Below the pieces are notes generated by a model, which saw only the letters and a list, made by a program, of their open reading frames with translations, made no database searches and was not told the origin of the DNA. Position numbers and translations under genes: made by a program. From assembly GCA_963702845.1 (NCBI GenBank), contig OY969763.1, positions 3,808,001 to 3,872,000 on the forward strand: a stretch of DNA of 64,000 bases, in the 5' to 3' direction. Shown one piece after another: positions 44,571-53,180 of the stretch (position 1 is the first letter of the stretch; each line of letters opens with the position of its first letter). Origin of the DNA: an uncultured Verrucomicrobiae bacterium (GTDB lineage Bacteria; Verrucomicrobiota; Verrucomicrobiia; Limisphaerales; Palsa-1400).

Positions 44571-45791
44571 ATGGGATTCGTCGAAGCCTTACGGCACCAC
44601 GCCTCGACCTTGCCGCTGCTGGCGAAGTTCGCCATCGTCATGGCGATCATTGCCAGCGTCCCGCGGCTCTGCCGCCGGGTCCGGGTCCCGGTCGTCGTCG
44701 GGATGCTCCTCTGTGGGATCGTCGTCGGCCCCTACGGCGTAGACATCTTCGCGAAAGAGGCCCCCATCACCGATTTCCTGGGCGAACTCGGGAAGCTCCT
44801 CCTCATGTTCTTCTCCGGCCTCGAGATCGACCTGGAGCTCTTCAAGAAAGCACGCAACCGGACCATCACCTTCGGCATCGTTACCACGAGCGTCCCGTTG
44901 GTGTTCGGCACCTGCGTGGCCCTCGCGTTCGGCTACCACACGATCCCTGCCATCGTTATTGGGTCGCTCCTCGCCTCCCACACCTTGCTCGCCCTTTCGG
45001 CCGTCACTAAAATCGGCGCCATCCGACTGGAGCCGGTCATCATCACCATCGGCGCGACCGTCATGTCCGACACCCTTTCCCTGATCGTCTTCGCACTCTG
45101 CGTTTCGATGTTCGAACGCGGCTTCTCTGCCAGCGGCCTGATCTGGCAACTGGCTGAGATCGGAATCTTCCTTGCGGTCCTCTTCCTCGTCATCGGGCCA
45201 ATCGGAAAATGGCTCCTGCGCAAGTACGAACACGACGAGGACGTCTACTTCATTTTGATGCTTTTGATCGTCGGAGTCGCAGCTTTACTGGCCGACATCG
45301 TCACCCTCCCGGGGATCGTCGGGGCCTTCCTGGTCGGCCTGGCGGTGAACTCCGCAGCCCACAAAAACCCGGCCCGGGAGAAGCTCGAGTTCCTCGGCAA
45401 CAACTTGTTCATCCCGATCTTCTTCCTGACCATCGGGTTCATCATCAACCCCGTTGCCTTCGCCCACACCATCGCCGACCGGCTCCCCCTTTCGGGCGCC
45501 ATAATCGGCGCGTTGCTGGCCGGCAAGTGGGTGGCTGCCCAAACCGTTGGGCGCTGCTTCCGCTACTCCACGATTGCCCGCCGCACGATGTGGGCCCTCA
45601 CACTTCCGCAGGTCGCGGCCACCCTCGCCGCCGCCCTCGTCGCCTACCAAACCTTCAACTCGGCCAAAGAACGCCTGCTCGACCGTGGGACACTTAACGT
45701 CGTTCTCGTCCTGGTCCTCGTCACGTCCATTCTCGGCCCCGTCCTCGTCGACGTGTTTGCCCCGCGCCTTGTTGCCGAGTCAAAGCGGTGA
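44571..45791 (+). CDS. Cation:proton antiporter (CPA2, Na+/H+ exchanger family)
   Basis: G..LLMFFSGLEID, ASHTL, GATVMSDTLSL, GIVGAFL.GL, FIPIFF..IG, PQVAATLAA. Confidence 0.9.
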   Translation: MGFVEALRHHASTLPLLAKFAIVMAIIASVPRLCRRVRVPVVVGMLLCGIVVGPYGVDIFAKEAPITDFLGELGKLLLMFFSGLEIDLELFKKARNRTITFGIVTTSVPLVFGTCVALAFGYHTIPAIVIGSLLASHTLLALSAVTKIGAIRLEPVIITIGATVMSDTLSLIVFALCVSMFERGFSASGLIWQLAEIGIFLAVLFLVIGPIGKWLLRKYEHDEDVYFILMLLIVGVAALLADIVTLPGIVGAFLVGLAVNSAAHKNPAREKLEFLGNNLFIPIFFLTIGFIINPVAFAHTIADRLPLSGAIIGALLAGKWVAAQTVGRCFRYSTIARRTMWALTLPQVAATLAAALVAYQTFNSAKERLLDRGTLNVVLVLVLVTSILGPVLVDVFAPRLVAESKR

Positions 45792-45857
45792 CGGTTGCGT
45801 CAGCTTTTTGGGTCGGTTGTGGACCCGACGGTTTCTACCTTTCCGAAATTTAAAAAA

Positions 45858-46137
45858 TGTCGCTCATTGTCGCTCATTCCTTCTCATTGTGGCTCTTTTG
45901 AGAAACATGGAGACACTTGGGAGAAACAAATGAGAAACATTGGAGAAGAATATGTTTCTCATTTATCGCTCCAAGTTTTCGTCTCTGATCCAAGATGCGA
46001 GATGCTGGATTTTTTTAGGTCCGGTTAACTCCGGTTGGCTTCGGATTGACGATAAAGGGCACGATCGTTGTGCGAAGCTCCGGAAAAAACTTTTTTTGGT
46101 GCCGTTTACTGCCGGATGGTGCCGTTTGCTGCCGACC
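45858..46137. repeat. Cluster of four different 10-11-bp-period micro-arrays
   Basis: tgtcgctcat x4 degenerate (45858), gagaaaca x5 (45900), ccggtt x3 (46018), ggtgccgttt/actgccggat x4 (46098). Confidence 0.7.
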
Positions 46138-46562
46138 ACCGAGGAAGTCGGGACACTGCGGCTACGAACGCAAGGCAAACAATTTTATTTTGGTGTTCTT
46201 AGGGTTCCTTATCGGTATTTTTGGAACACCTTCGGGACCTCTAATTTTGCCGCATGGCACGCTTAAGAACACTTAGCAGATCCGCGAGGGACAGTTAAGA
46301 GCATCTGACGGTTGTCCATTGCCCTAAATTTCAAAGAACGATTCCCCGAGCCAATGCAGAGTTCAAAATGCAGAATGCAGGATGACACAAAGCAATCCTC
46401 GACAGGATGCCGGTAGCGACCGGCTGTTGCATAGTGTGTCGTGAAGCAGCTGCACCGTCAAGCATTACTGCTTCGGCTTCGCCCCGCCAAAAACCAAAAC
46501 CCCTCCCGCCATTCCGGAAATTAATTTTGGCAATCGCTCTAGGAGTTTCCCCTCCTTTTAAA

Positions 46563-48296
46563 ATGGCGCGATTGATGCAACGTTGCCCCATGAGGTTGGG
46601 GGTCAGAGTCATCCTGCTAACCGTGGGGCTTTTTGCGACGACCGCGCATTTGATTGCCGCGACTAATGCAGTAGAAGCAGGCGGCGTCCCTGTTACTTTA
46701 TCGCCGCAGGAGCGCGAGTGGATCGCCGGGCATCCGGCGATGCGCGTCGGCGTTTTGACTAATTGGGCTCCTTTCACCTATATCGGGCCAGACGGAAACC
46801 CGAGCGGAATAGATATCGATATTCTGGATCTCATCTCGCAACGCACGGGTTTGAGGTTTGAACTCAAACCGTACAAAAGCTGGGAAGACTTGTTGGCGAA
46901 CTCGAACCAAATCGATATGGTATGCAGTACCGTTCAATCGCCGGTTCGGGCCCAAGTGGTCGACTTTACCATACCTTATACCACGTCTCCGTTGGTTATC
47001 GTGCAACGCGAAGGAGAGGAGGCATTCGGCCCCACAGCGGTCCTGGCAAACAAGAGGATTGCGTTGCCTCGAAGCCATCTCACGACGCAAGTAGTGACCA
47101 TTCGCCTGCCTTTGGCGCTGGTGATTTTCGCAGCGACGCAGGAAGACTGCTTCAAATCGGTGGAAAAGAAAAAGGCCGATGCGACCATAGCAAACCTGTA
47201 CATCGCCAGCCAATATCTGAACAGCCATCCGGAAATCAAATTGTCGATCACCGGTGTGATTTCCAGATCCATCATGTCCCAGAGAATGGCGGTCCGTCGC
47301 GATCTTGATCATGGATTGCCAGTGGCCATTTTGGACAAGGGATTGACCTCAGTCACCCACGAAGAACTGGATGAAATCGTGAGCAGACATCTTTTGTTCG
47401 GGTTGGAATCGCGGCAGCGTGTTGGCATAGTGGAGAAACGGGCGAAGCAGGTCTTGATAGCTGCAGCTATTGCCGGACTGCTCGTGGTGTCGTGGAATTA
47501 CTTCATACGGAAAGAGATTGGCGTCCGGCGCAAGGCCGAAGCCGAATTATTGGAGGCCAATAAATCGATGCAGGTCTTTTCTCATTCGCTCTCCCACGAC
47601 CTGCGTGCACCGTTGCGTGGCATCACCGGCTTTGCCCAGGTGCTTAAGGAAGACTGCTACGAAAAGCTGAATCGCGAGGAGCAAGGTTACCTGGAGCGCA
47701 TCATTACCAGTGGTTCTCGTATGGACAATATGATCGCCGACGTCCTCGCTTACAGTCGCGCCACAAGCTCGGACTGGCCGATGGACACAGTCGAGCTCGA
47801 TCCGTTAGTTCATCAATTGATCGACGGAGTTCCACCGGAGCAGCGTCAATATTTTCAAATCGATTCAACACTCCCAGCGGTGCGGGGTAATCCCACACTG
47901 TTGACGCAAATCCTGGAAAACCTCCTTTCGAATGCTGTAAGGTTTGTTCCCAAGGAACGAACGCCACAGGTGGTCATTCGCGCCACACAGGAGGATTCGG
48001 AGGTTACGGTGTTCGTGGAGGACAATGGCATTGGTGTTGAGCCAAAGGATCAGAAACGGATTTTTCAGATTTTCGAGCGCGCGGCGCCTGCAGATTACAA
48101 GGGCACAGGAATTGGATTGGCAGTGGTGGCGAAGGCGGCGGAACGGATGGACGGTAGCGTGGGGGTGGAGTCAGAGGTCGGGAAAGGCAGTCGATTTTGG
48201 ATTCGGTTGCCCGGTGCGAGCGCGGAAAAGGCGGCGCGGGAGCCCAGCCGGACGCAGCCGTTTTGGCATAGGTTTGTACTGCGGAGAGGGACTTAA
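46563..48296 (+). CDS. Sensor histidine kinase with periplasmic solute-binding (PBP/SBP_bac_3) domain
   Basis: LSPQEREWI..HP.MRVG, WAPF, FTIPY; TM; SHDLRAPLR, NLLSNAVRF, DNGIG, GTGIGLA. Start uncertain. Confidence 0.9.
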   Translation: MARLMQRCPMRLGVRVILLTVGLFATTAHLIAATNAVEAGGVPVTLSPQEREWIAGHPAMRVGVLTNWAPFTYIGPDGNPSGIDIDILDLISQRTGLRFELKPYKSWEDLLANSNQIDMVCSTVQSPVRAQVVDFTIPYTTSPLVIVQREGEEAFGPTAVLANKRIALPRSHLTTQVVTIRLPLALVIFAATQEDCFKSVEKKKADATIANLYIASQYLNSHPEIKLSITGVISRSIMSQRMAVRRDLDHGLPVAILDKGLTSVTHEELDEIVSRHLLFGLESRQRVGIVEKRAKQVLIAAAIAGLLVVSWNYFIRKEIGVRRKAEAELLEANKSMQVFSHSLSHDLRAPLRGITGFAQVLKEDCYEKLNREEQGYLERIITSGSRMDNMIADVLAYSRATSSDWPMDTVELDPLVHQLIDGVPPEQRQYFQIDSTLPAVRGNPTLLTQILENLLSNAVRFVPKERTPQVVIRATQEDSEVTVFVEDNGIGVEPKDQKRIFQIFERAAPADYKGTGIGLAVVAKAAERMDGSVGVESEVGKGSRFWIRLPGASAEKAAREPSRTQPFWHRFVLRRGT

Positions 48297-48539
48297 GTGA
48301 CGAGTGCGCCAGGAGAGCCAGAGGCCGATTTACTTTAGTTTCATCAATGCTCCGATGTAAATTGTCAGCGGCATCACTCACGCGTCCGTGCGCCTTTCTC
48401 TCAACCCAAAAACCTGTTCTCTGAGTCCATCGGAGGCGCGTTTAAATTTCAGCAGCGACTCAACCAAAACCCTGTGCGCCATTACGTGAAAAATCTCTGT
48501 AGGAAAAAGTATTCCTGAACGGAAGTTACCTCGAGTTTC

Positions 48540-49994
48540 ATGAAGACAGATGCCAATGCTTCATCCAAGACGTCGGTCTTCGCTGCGCTTGACGAAGCGC
48601 CGATGACGCCCGTGCGGTATCTCTACTGGCTGCTGGCTAGCGGCGGCACTTTGCTCGACGGCTTTTCGGTCGTCAGCCTCGGCATCGCCGTTCCCCTGCT
48701 CAAGCGGGACATGACTATCAGCCCGTTTGTGGTCGGGCTGATTGGTTCGGCTCTGGTCCTTGGGGCCGTGCTTGGCGCTGTGCTCGGTGGCGTTGCGGCG
48801 GATAGGCTCGGTCGTAAACGTGTTTTTATTATCGATATGGCGATCCTGACAGTGGGATTTGGCCTGTGCGTGATCGCGCATGATCCGGGGATCATTCTGG
48901 TTGGTCAGTTCGTGATCGGGATCGGCGTTGGGATCGATTTTCCTACAAGCAGCTCTTACGTCTCCGAGATAATGCCGCGAGCCGTCCGCAGCCGGATGAC
49001 GATCGCGACGATTGCGATGCAATCAGTCGGTATGATCGCGGCGGCTCTTACGGCCCTTGCGATTTTTCGGGCGCACCCGTCGCTGACGGATTGGCGGATA
49101 TTACTCGGAGCGGGCGGTTTGATCGGGTTGGCTTTCGTGGTCACGCGCCTGCGCCTTCCCGAAAGCCCGCGTTGGCTGGCGGAAAAGCACCGACTGCGCG
49201 AGGCTGCCGCGGTGTTGTCGCATCTGACCGGAATTCCAGCATCGCTCGCGGGCATGGAGACGGTCGCGAAGGAGGCACCGACCCAACAAGGATCGCCCAA
49301 AGCCCAGGGCATTTCTGCCCTGTTCGCCCCACACTACAGGGCGCGCACGTTGCTCATTTCCCTCCCCTGGCTGATGATGGATGTCGCTACTTACGGCGTC
49401 GGCCTGTTCACACCGGTCATTTTAGGCGCGATGCACTTCGGTTCGCCAGGCAGCGGCACACTGGCGTCCGTCTATGCGGATGCGAAAGGGAGCGGCATCG
49501 TCGACCTGTTCCTGCTATTCGGTTTCATCGCCGGTATGTGGGCAGTTCCACGCTTCCGCCGAATTCCGATGCAGATCGGGGGCTTCGCTGGCATGACCGT
49601 GGGAATGCTTCTTCTGATGTTCGCCGCGAGGGCGGGCAATGGCGCTGGCATGCATGTCGGGATGGTGATCGCCGGTTTCATCATCTTTAACTTCGCGATG
49701 AATGTGGGCCCGAATTCTACGACATTCACCTTGGCGCCGGTTCTCTTCCCGACGGCTATCCGGGCGTCGGCGAGCGGCTTTGCGGCAGCATGCGCAAAGA
49801 TTGGAGCGACCGTTGGGACGTTTGTTGTTCCGCAGTTGCAAGCCGCCTGGGGATTGACCGGTGTCCTTGCGCTCATGGCCTTTGTCAGCATCGGCGGTCT
49901 TGTGGCCACCGCCATTTTCGCGCACGAGGTACATGATGAAGATAAGATGGAAGAGACGCCGGACGAGCACTCGCCCCAGGGAACTGCCGCGTAA
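48540..49994 (+). CDS. MFS transporter (sugar porter / metabolite:H+ symporter-like)
   Basis: G..ADRLGRK, G.D.P.SS.YVSE..P...[21 protein letters not shown]. Confidence 0.9.
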   Translation: MKTDANASSKTSVFAALDEAPMTPVRYLYWLLASGGTLLDGFSVVSLGIAVPLLKRDMTISPFVVGLIGSALVLGAVLGAVLGGVAADRLGRKRVFIIDMAILTVGFGLCVIAHDPGIILVGQFVIGIGVGIDFPTSSSYVSEIMPRAVRSRMTIATIAMQSVGMIAAALTALAIFRAHPSLTDWRILLGAGGLIGLAFVVTRLRLPESPRWLAEKHRLREAAAVLSHLTGIPASLAGMETVAKEAPTQQGSPKAQGISALFAPHYRARTLLISLPWLMMDVATYGVGLFTPVILGAMHFGSPGSGTLASVYADAKGSGIVDLFLLFGFIAGMWAVPRFRRIPMQIGGFAGMTVGMLLLMFAARAGNGAGMHVGMVIAGFIIFNFAMNVGPNSTTFTLAPVLFPTAIRASASGFAAACAKIGATVGTFVVPQLQAAWGLTGVLALMAFVSIGGLVATAIFAHEVHDEDKMEETPDEHSPQGTAA

Positions 49995-50354
49995 TAATTG
50001 AATGGGCTTAAGCAGTGCATTGATTCCCCTTCTGACCGCCGTAAATGCGTTTGAGGTCGGCGAGGGCCTGATCGTGACTGGCATCGTCCGGGACAGCGGG
50101 TTCACCGCAGGCGAGATGACCGAACTCCGTACCGATTTCGATAAGGCGCGCGACGCGGCTTAGCGATGGCAGAGCAGACGACGGGCGTAATTGAGCGGTG
50201 AACTTTACCGAAATAATTGGCGATTGGATTCGAACTTGTCGGAGGATGGGAGTCGCGAACAACTAGAGTAAAATAAACGACCGCGTGGGCGCGGAAATTA
50301 TTAGGTTTTCCCTGATGATAAAGTAAAAAGTGACCCGTCAACCTAGGGCTCCAC

Positions 50355-51314
50355 TCAACGAACCAGGGATGGATCACGATAGACTTTATGGCAGGCGGCG
50401 CAGGACTTGCCGACGGCATCGGTGCTTTTGTCCAGTTCGCCACGCACGGCGGAAGAGTTGTCGGTCTGGAAGCGCCGGAGCAGTTGTTCGAGAGTTTTCG
50501 CGCGGGTTTCGGCGAGTTTTAGTTTTTCAAGGAAGGCATCGCCACGATCGGCGGCGGCTTTGAGACGTTGCGCCTCGCGAAAATGCTCCGAAAGGATGAC
50601 CGCTTCATTGGGCGGGTCCAGATCCGGCTGCTCGCTGGGCGCGCGGTAGCTGGCCTTGCGTATTGCCTTGAGATGATCCCATTGGCCGTCGACGGCGACC
50701 ATGGTGTCCACCAATCCGGGAAGTTTTGCCACTTCCGGAAAATTGGCGGGAAGCTTTTCCAGCAACTCGGGAGGAGGGGTGTGGAAGTCGCGCACGGTCT
50801 TGAATAATCCGGTATAGTTCGTGGCAGTGCCGGCGGTATTGAGCCACTCTTCGGCTCGCGCGTTGCTCCAGCCCGCGGTCGCCATGCAGATAACGGCGGC
50901 GGCGGTTGGCCCGCGGTGTTGGCCATGATGGCAGTGAACGAAGATGGGGCCGGGAAGAATTTTGGACGCTTTGATCAACTCAGCCTGGGTATCGGTGTTG
51001 ATTCCGTTGTAACCGTGCGGCAAATGCGCGTAATGCATGCCGTGTTTGTGGGCCAGATCGATGTCGGGTTTTGAGCCATCGACCGTAATTACACTTTTGA
51101 TGCCTAACCGCTGGAGGGAAGCAAATCCGGCGTCGCCTTCCGGAGCGGAGCCGGAATAGATGCGTCCTGAAAGTTGAAAAAAGTTTTTTATTCCGTCTGC
51201 CTGAAGCGGAATGGGGAATTTTATGACCAGCTTCTGGGGATCAGCTTCGGTGGATTGAACGAAGGTGCAAAGAAGCAGAACTGCGAGGCAACTTGAACAA
51301 AAACTCCGTATCAC
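50355..51314 (-). CDS. Exported fusion: CX5R phosphatase/DUF442-like domain plus cytochrome c'-like C-terminal heme domain
   Basis: Signal peptide; YSGSAP, LGIKSVITVD, VHCHHGQHRG; helical C-domain ending CAACHKVYRD. Confidence 0.8.
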   Translation of the reverse strand: MIRSFCSSCLAVLLLCTFVQSTEADPQKLVIKFPIPLQADGIKNFFQLSGRIYSGSAPEGDAGFASLQRLGIKSVITVDGSKPDIDLAHKHGMHYAHLPHGYNGINTDTQAELIKASKILPGPIFVHCHHGQHRGPTAAAVICMATAGWSNARAEEWLNTAGTATNYTGLFKTVRDFHTPPPELLEKLPANFPEVAKLPGLVDTMVAVDGQWDHLKAIRKASYRAPSEQPDLDPPNEAVILSEHFREAQRLKAAADRGDAFLEKLKLAETRAKTLEQLLRRFQTDNSSAVRGELDKSTDAVGKSCAACHKVYRDPSLVR

Positions 51315-51320
51315 GTTGCG

Positions 51321-51348
51321 TTTTTATCGAGACTACTCTCGATGTCAA
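51321..51348 (-). promoter_or_regulatory. Promoter with a palindromic operator filling the spacer
   Basis: TTGACA-N16-TAAAAA; ATCGAGA-N4-TCTCGAT perfect inverted repeat at 51326-51343; GTG start 6 nt after the -10. Confidence 0.6.
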
Positions 51349-51382
51349 GAAAGTCTGACTTGTCAGGGTCAAACCACCATCT

Positions 51383-52472
51383 CTAAAGATCCTTAACTAC
51401 ACCGCGATAGCGCAAAAAATACTTGTCGCTTGGCCAGAGAAAAAACTCAGGATGCGTATTGCAGACTTCCGGGTCTTTGCGGGTCAAGTCCACTGGGCAG
51501 GCATATTGCAAATAGTCTTGAAAACTTTCCTCGGCAATTTTTATCGGGTCTTCAATCATTCTTTTTTTGAATCCGTAAGAAACGGATGTGGTTTGTTTAT
51601 CAACAACCATCACCCTGAATTCTATCGGGAGATCCGGGTTTTCGCTTCGCACCAGGGATTGGAAAATCGAGGCGACGCCAAAGTCATCAAAACTTGGAAA
51701 CATTGATCGCGTGCCGTCCGAAGGATGATTATGAAACAAGATCATCGGTTTGCCCGCCTTGATTATCTTGGAAAGTTTTTCGGGATCGTGCCCCACGCTG
51801 TTCATCGCGGAATTGGTGGAGATATCATGAATTTCGCCATTATAAACGAGCAAGTGTTCTTGGCCGTCTGCGATTTTCTTGAAACGTGACCGCTGCCAGT
51901 TTGTCGGCTTCGTCAATTTCGCTCGGCATGCGAAGGAGTTCGACTGACTTCACGGTTTTTAGAAATTGGTCGCACCTTGAATTCGACCAATGTCTGTATT
52001 CGGCATAGGCCCTGAGATATTCCTCATAACGAGATTCTCCCACGAGGTTAAGAACAACGCGTTCCTCGGCTAGCTCGATATTAGCGCCGTTGCGATGATA
52101 ACCCTCGAGGTCATCGTTCATGATATGTGCAACTTCATGAATGGCTGAATGCTCAAACAGGATCTCCGGCTCATTCGCTAAAAAATCGGCGGTAACACTG
52201 ATGATGAACGATTCATTTCTCATGTCCGCATCTCGAACAACATCAGTAAAAACTGGCCCCACGTCGCCGGAATAGGGTGCAAACATGAGACTGCCTATGG
52301 CTCGAAGGCGGATTTTATAGCTCGCCCCTAGCCTTCTCTGCGCTTCGGCGATCTTATGTTCGAAGGTGGCTACTTTCTCTTTGAGACCCAACTCGACAAT
52401 GCAGTCTTGAGAGAGTTCGAAAGCGAGTTTGCAAGGCTCAGATTGTCCAAACAATGATGCAGACGTATTCAA
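51383..52472 (-). pseudogene. Split gene: HEXXH metallopeptidase-like N-part plus JAB/MPN-like C-part
   Basis: ORF 51840-52472 has AIHEVAH...E. Overlapping ORF 51383-51916 has E...FHNHPS...PSFDD. They join by a 1-nt shift near 51870-51890. Confidence 0.5.
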
Positions 52473-52655
52473 CCATGCGACGCATATGCCCAGAACAAGG
52501 ATAATATTTTTTCAGCGAGCTCGCCCCTTTACTGGCAGCGGATTCAGAATTCATTACTTAGAACGGCGCAATAGTAATGAGGGCGCAGGCGATTCGAAAG
52601 AAAGATTTATCCCTTCGATTTACCGGCTGAACAAATCATCGATTATATTATTGCG

Positions 52656-52949
52656 ATGACTCCGATTCGTGAACTTCTCAGTCGAATCCGGTGGGATCCC
52701 GAATTCGGCCGGGCAAATTTTGAAATCGGCTACTTCGACCGGGTGCTGGGCGTGGTCATCCTTGTGGCTTTTCGAGAGGTTGAATTCACGCCCCACGAAC
52801 AAGCGTTCAAGTTAACCGATGCCGAGGGACAGACGCATCAGGTTCCGTTTCATCGCGTGCGCGAGGTGTATCAAAACGGACACTGCATCTGGCGACGGCC
52901 AGCGAAGGATGCTGACGCCCTGGACGTGAGCACCAAACATAACGCATAG
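52656..52949 (+). CDS. DUF504 / MJ1316-like protein
   Basis: IRELLSRIRWD, IGYFDR, VPFHRVREV, IWRR motifs. Confidence 0.85.
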   Translation: MTPIRELLSRIRWDPEFGRANFEIGYFDRVLGVVILVAFREVEFTPHEQAFKLTDAEGQTHQVPFHRVREVYQNGHCIWRRPAKDADALDVSTKHNA

Positions 52950-53057
52950 AGCAACTGCCGAAATTAATTTCGGGAATGGCGGAAGGATTTCATTTTTTGG
53001 AAGGCGGAGGTCGAAGTCGATAGCACTCGTGGATCTGTGACGAGACGGATAACGAGT

Positions 53058-53086
53058 CGCGGGCCGCCCGTCCAGGGCGGCCCGCG
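53058..53086. terminator. GC-rich hairpin between convergent genes (probable terminator)
   Basis: CGCGGGCCGCCC-gtcca-GGGCGGCCCGCG, perfect 12-bp stem; the U-tail is weak. Confidence 0.55.
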
Positions 53087-53180
53087 TGTTTCACAATCGA
53101 AGGAATCGGGTTCATTTGGCTGAACCAAGGTGGCGGCTCTTGCGAGCCGCTCACCAGCTATTCATTTGCACCGCTCCAGC

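Noticed and set aside
45850..46140. CRISPR array
   Set aside because: Units are about 10 bp and adjacent, with no unique spacers and no cas genes.
50008..50350. Small ORFs between the MFS gene and the phosphatase-cytochrome fusion
   Set aside because: Competing short frames on both strands, none with motifs or clear start signals.
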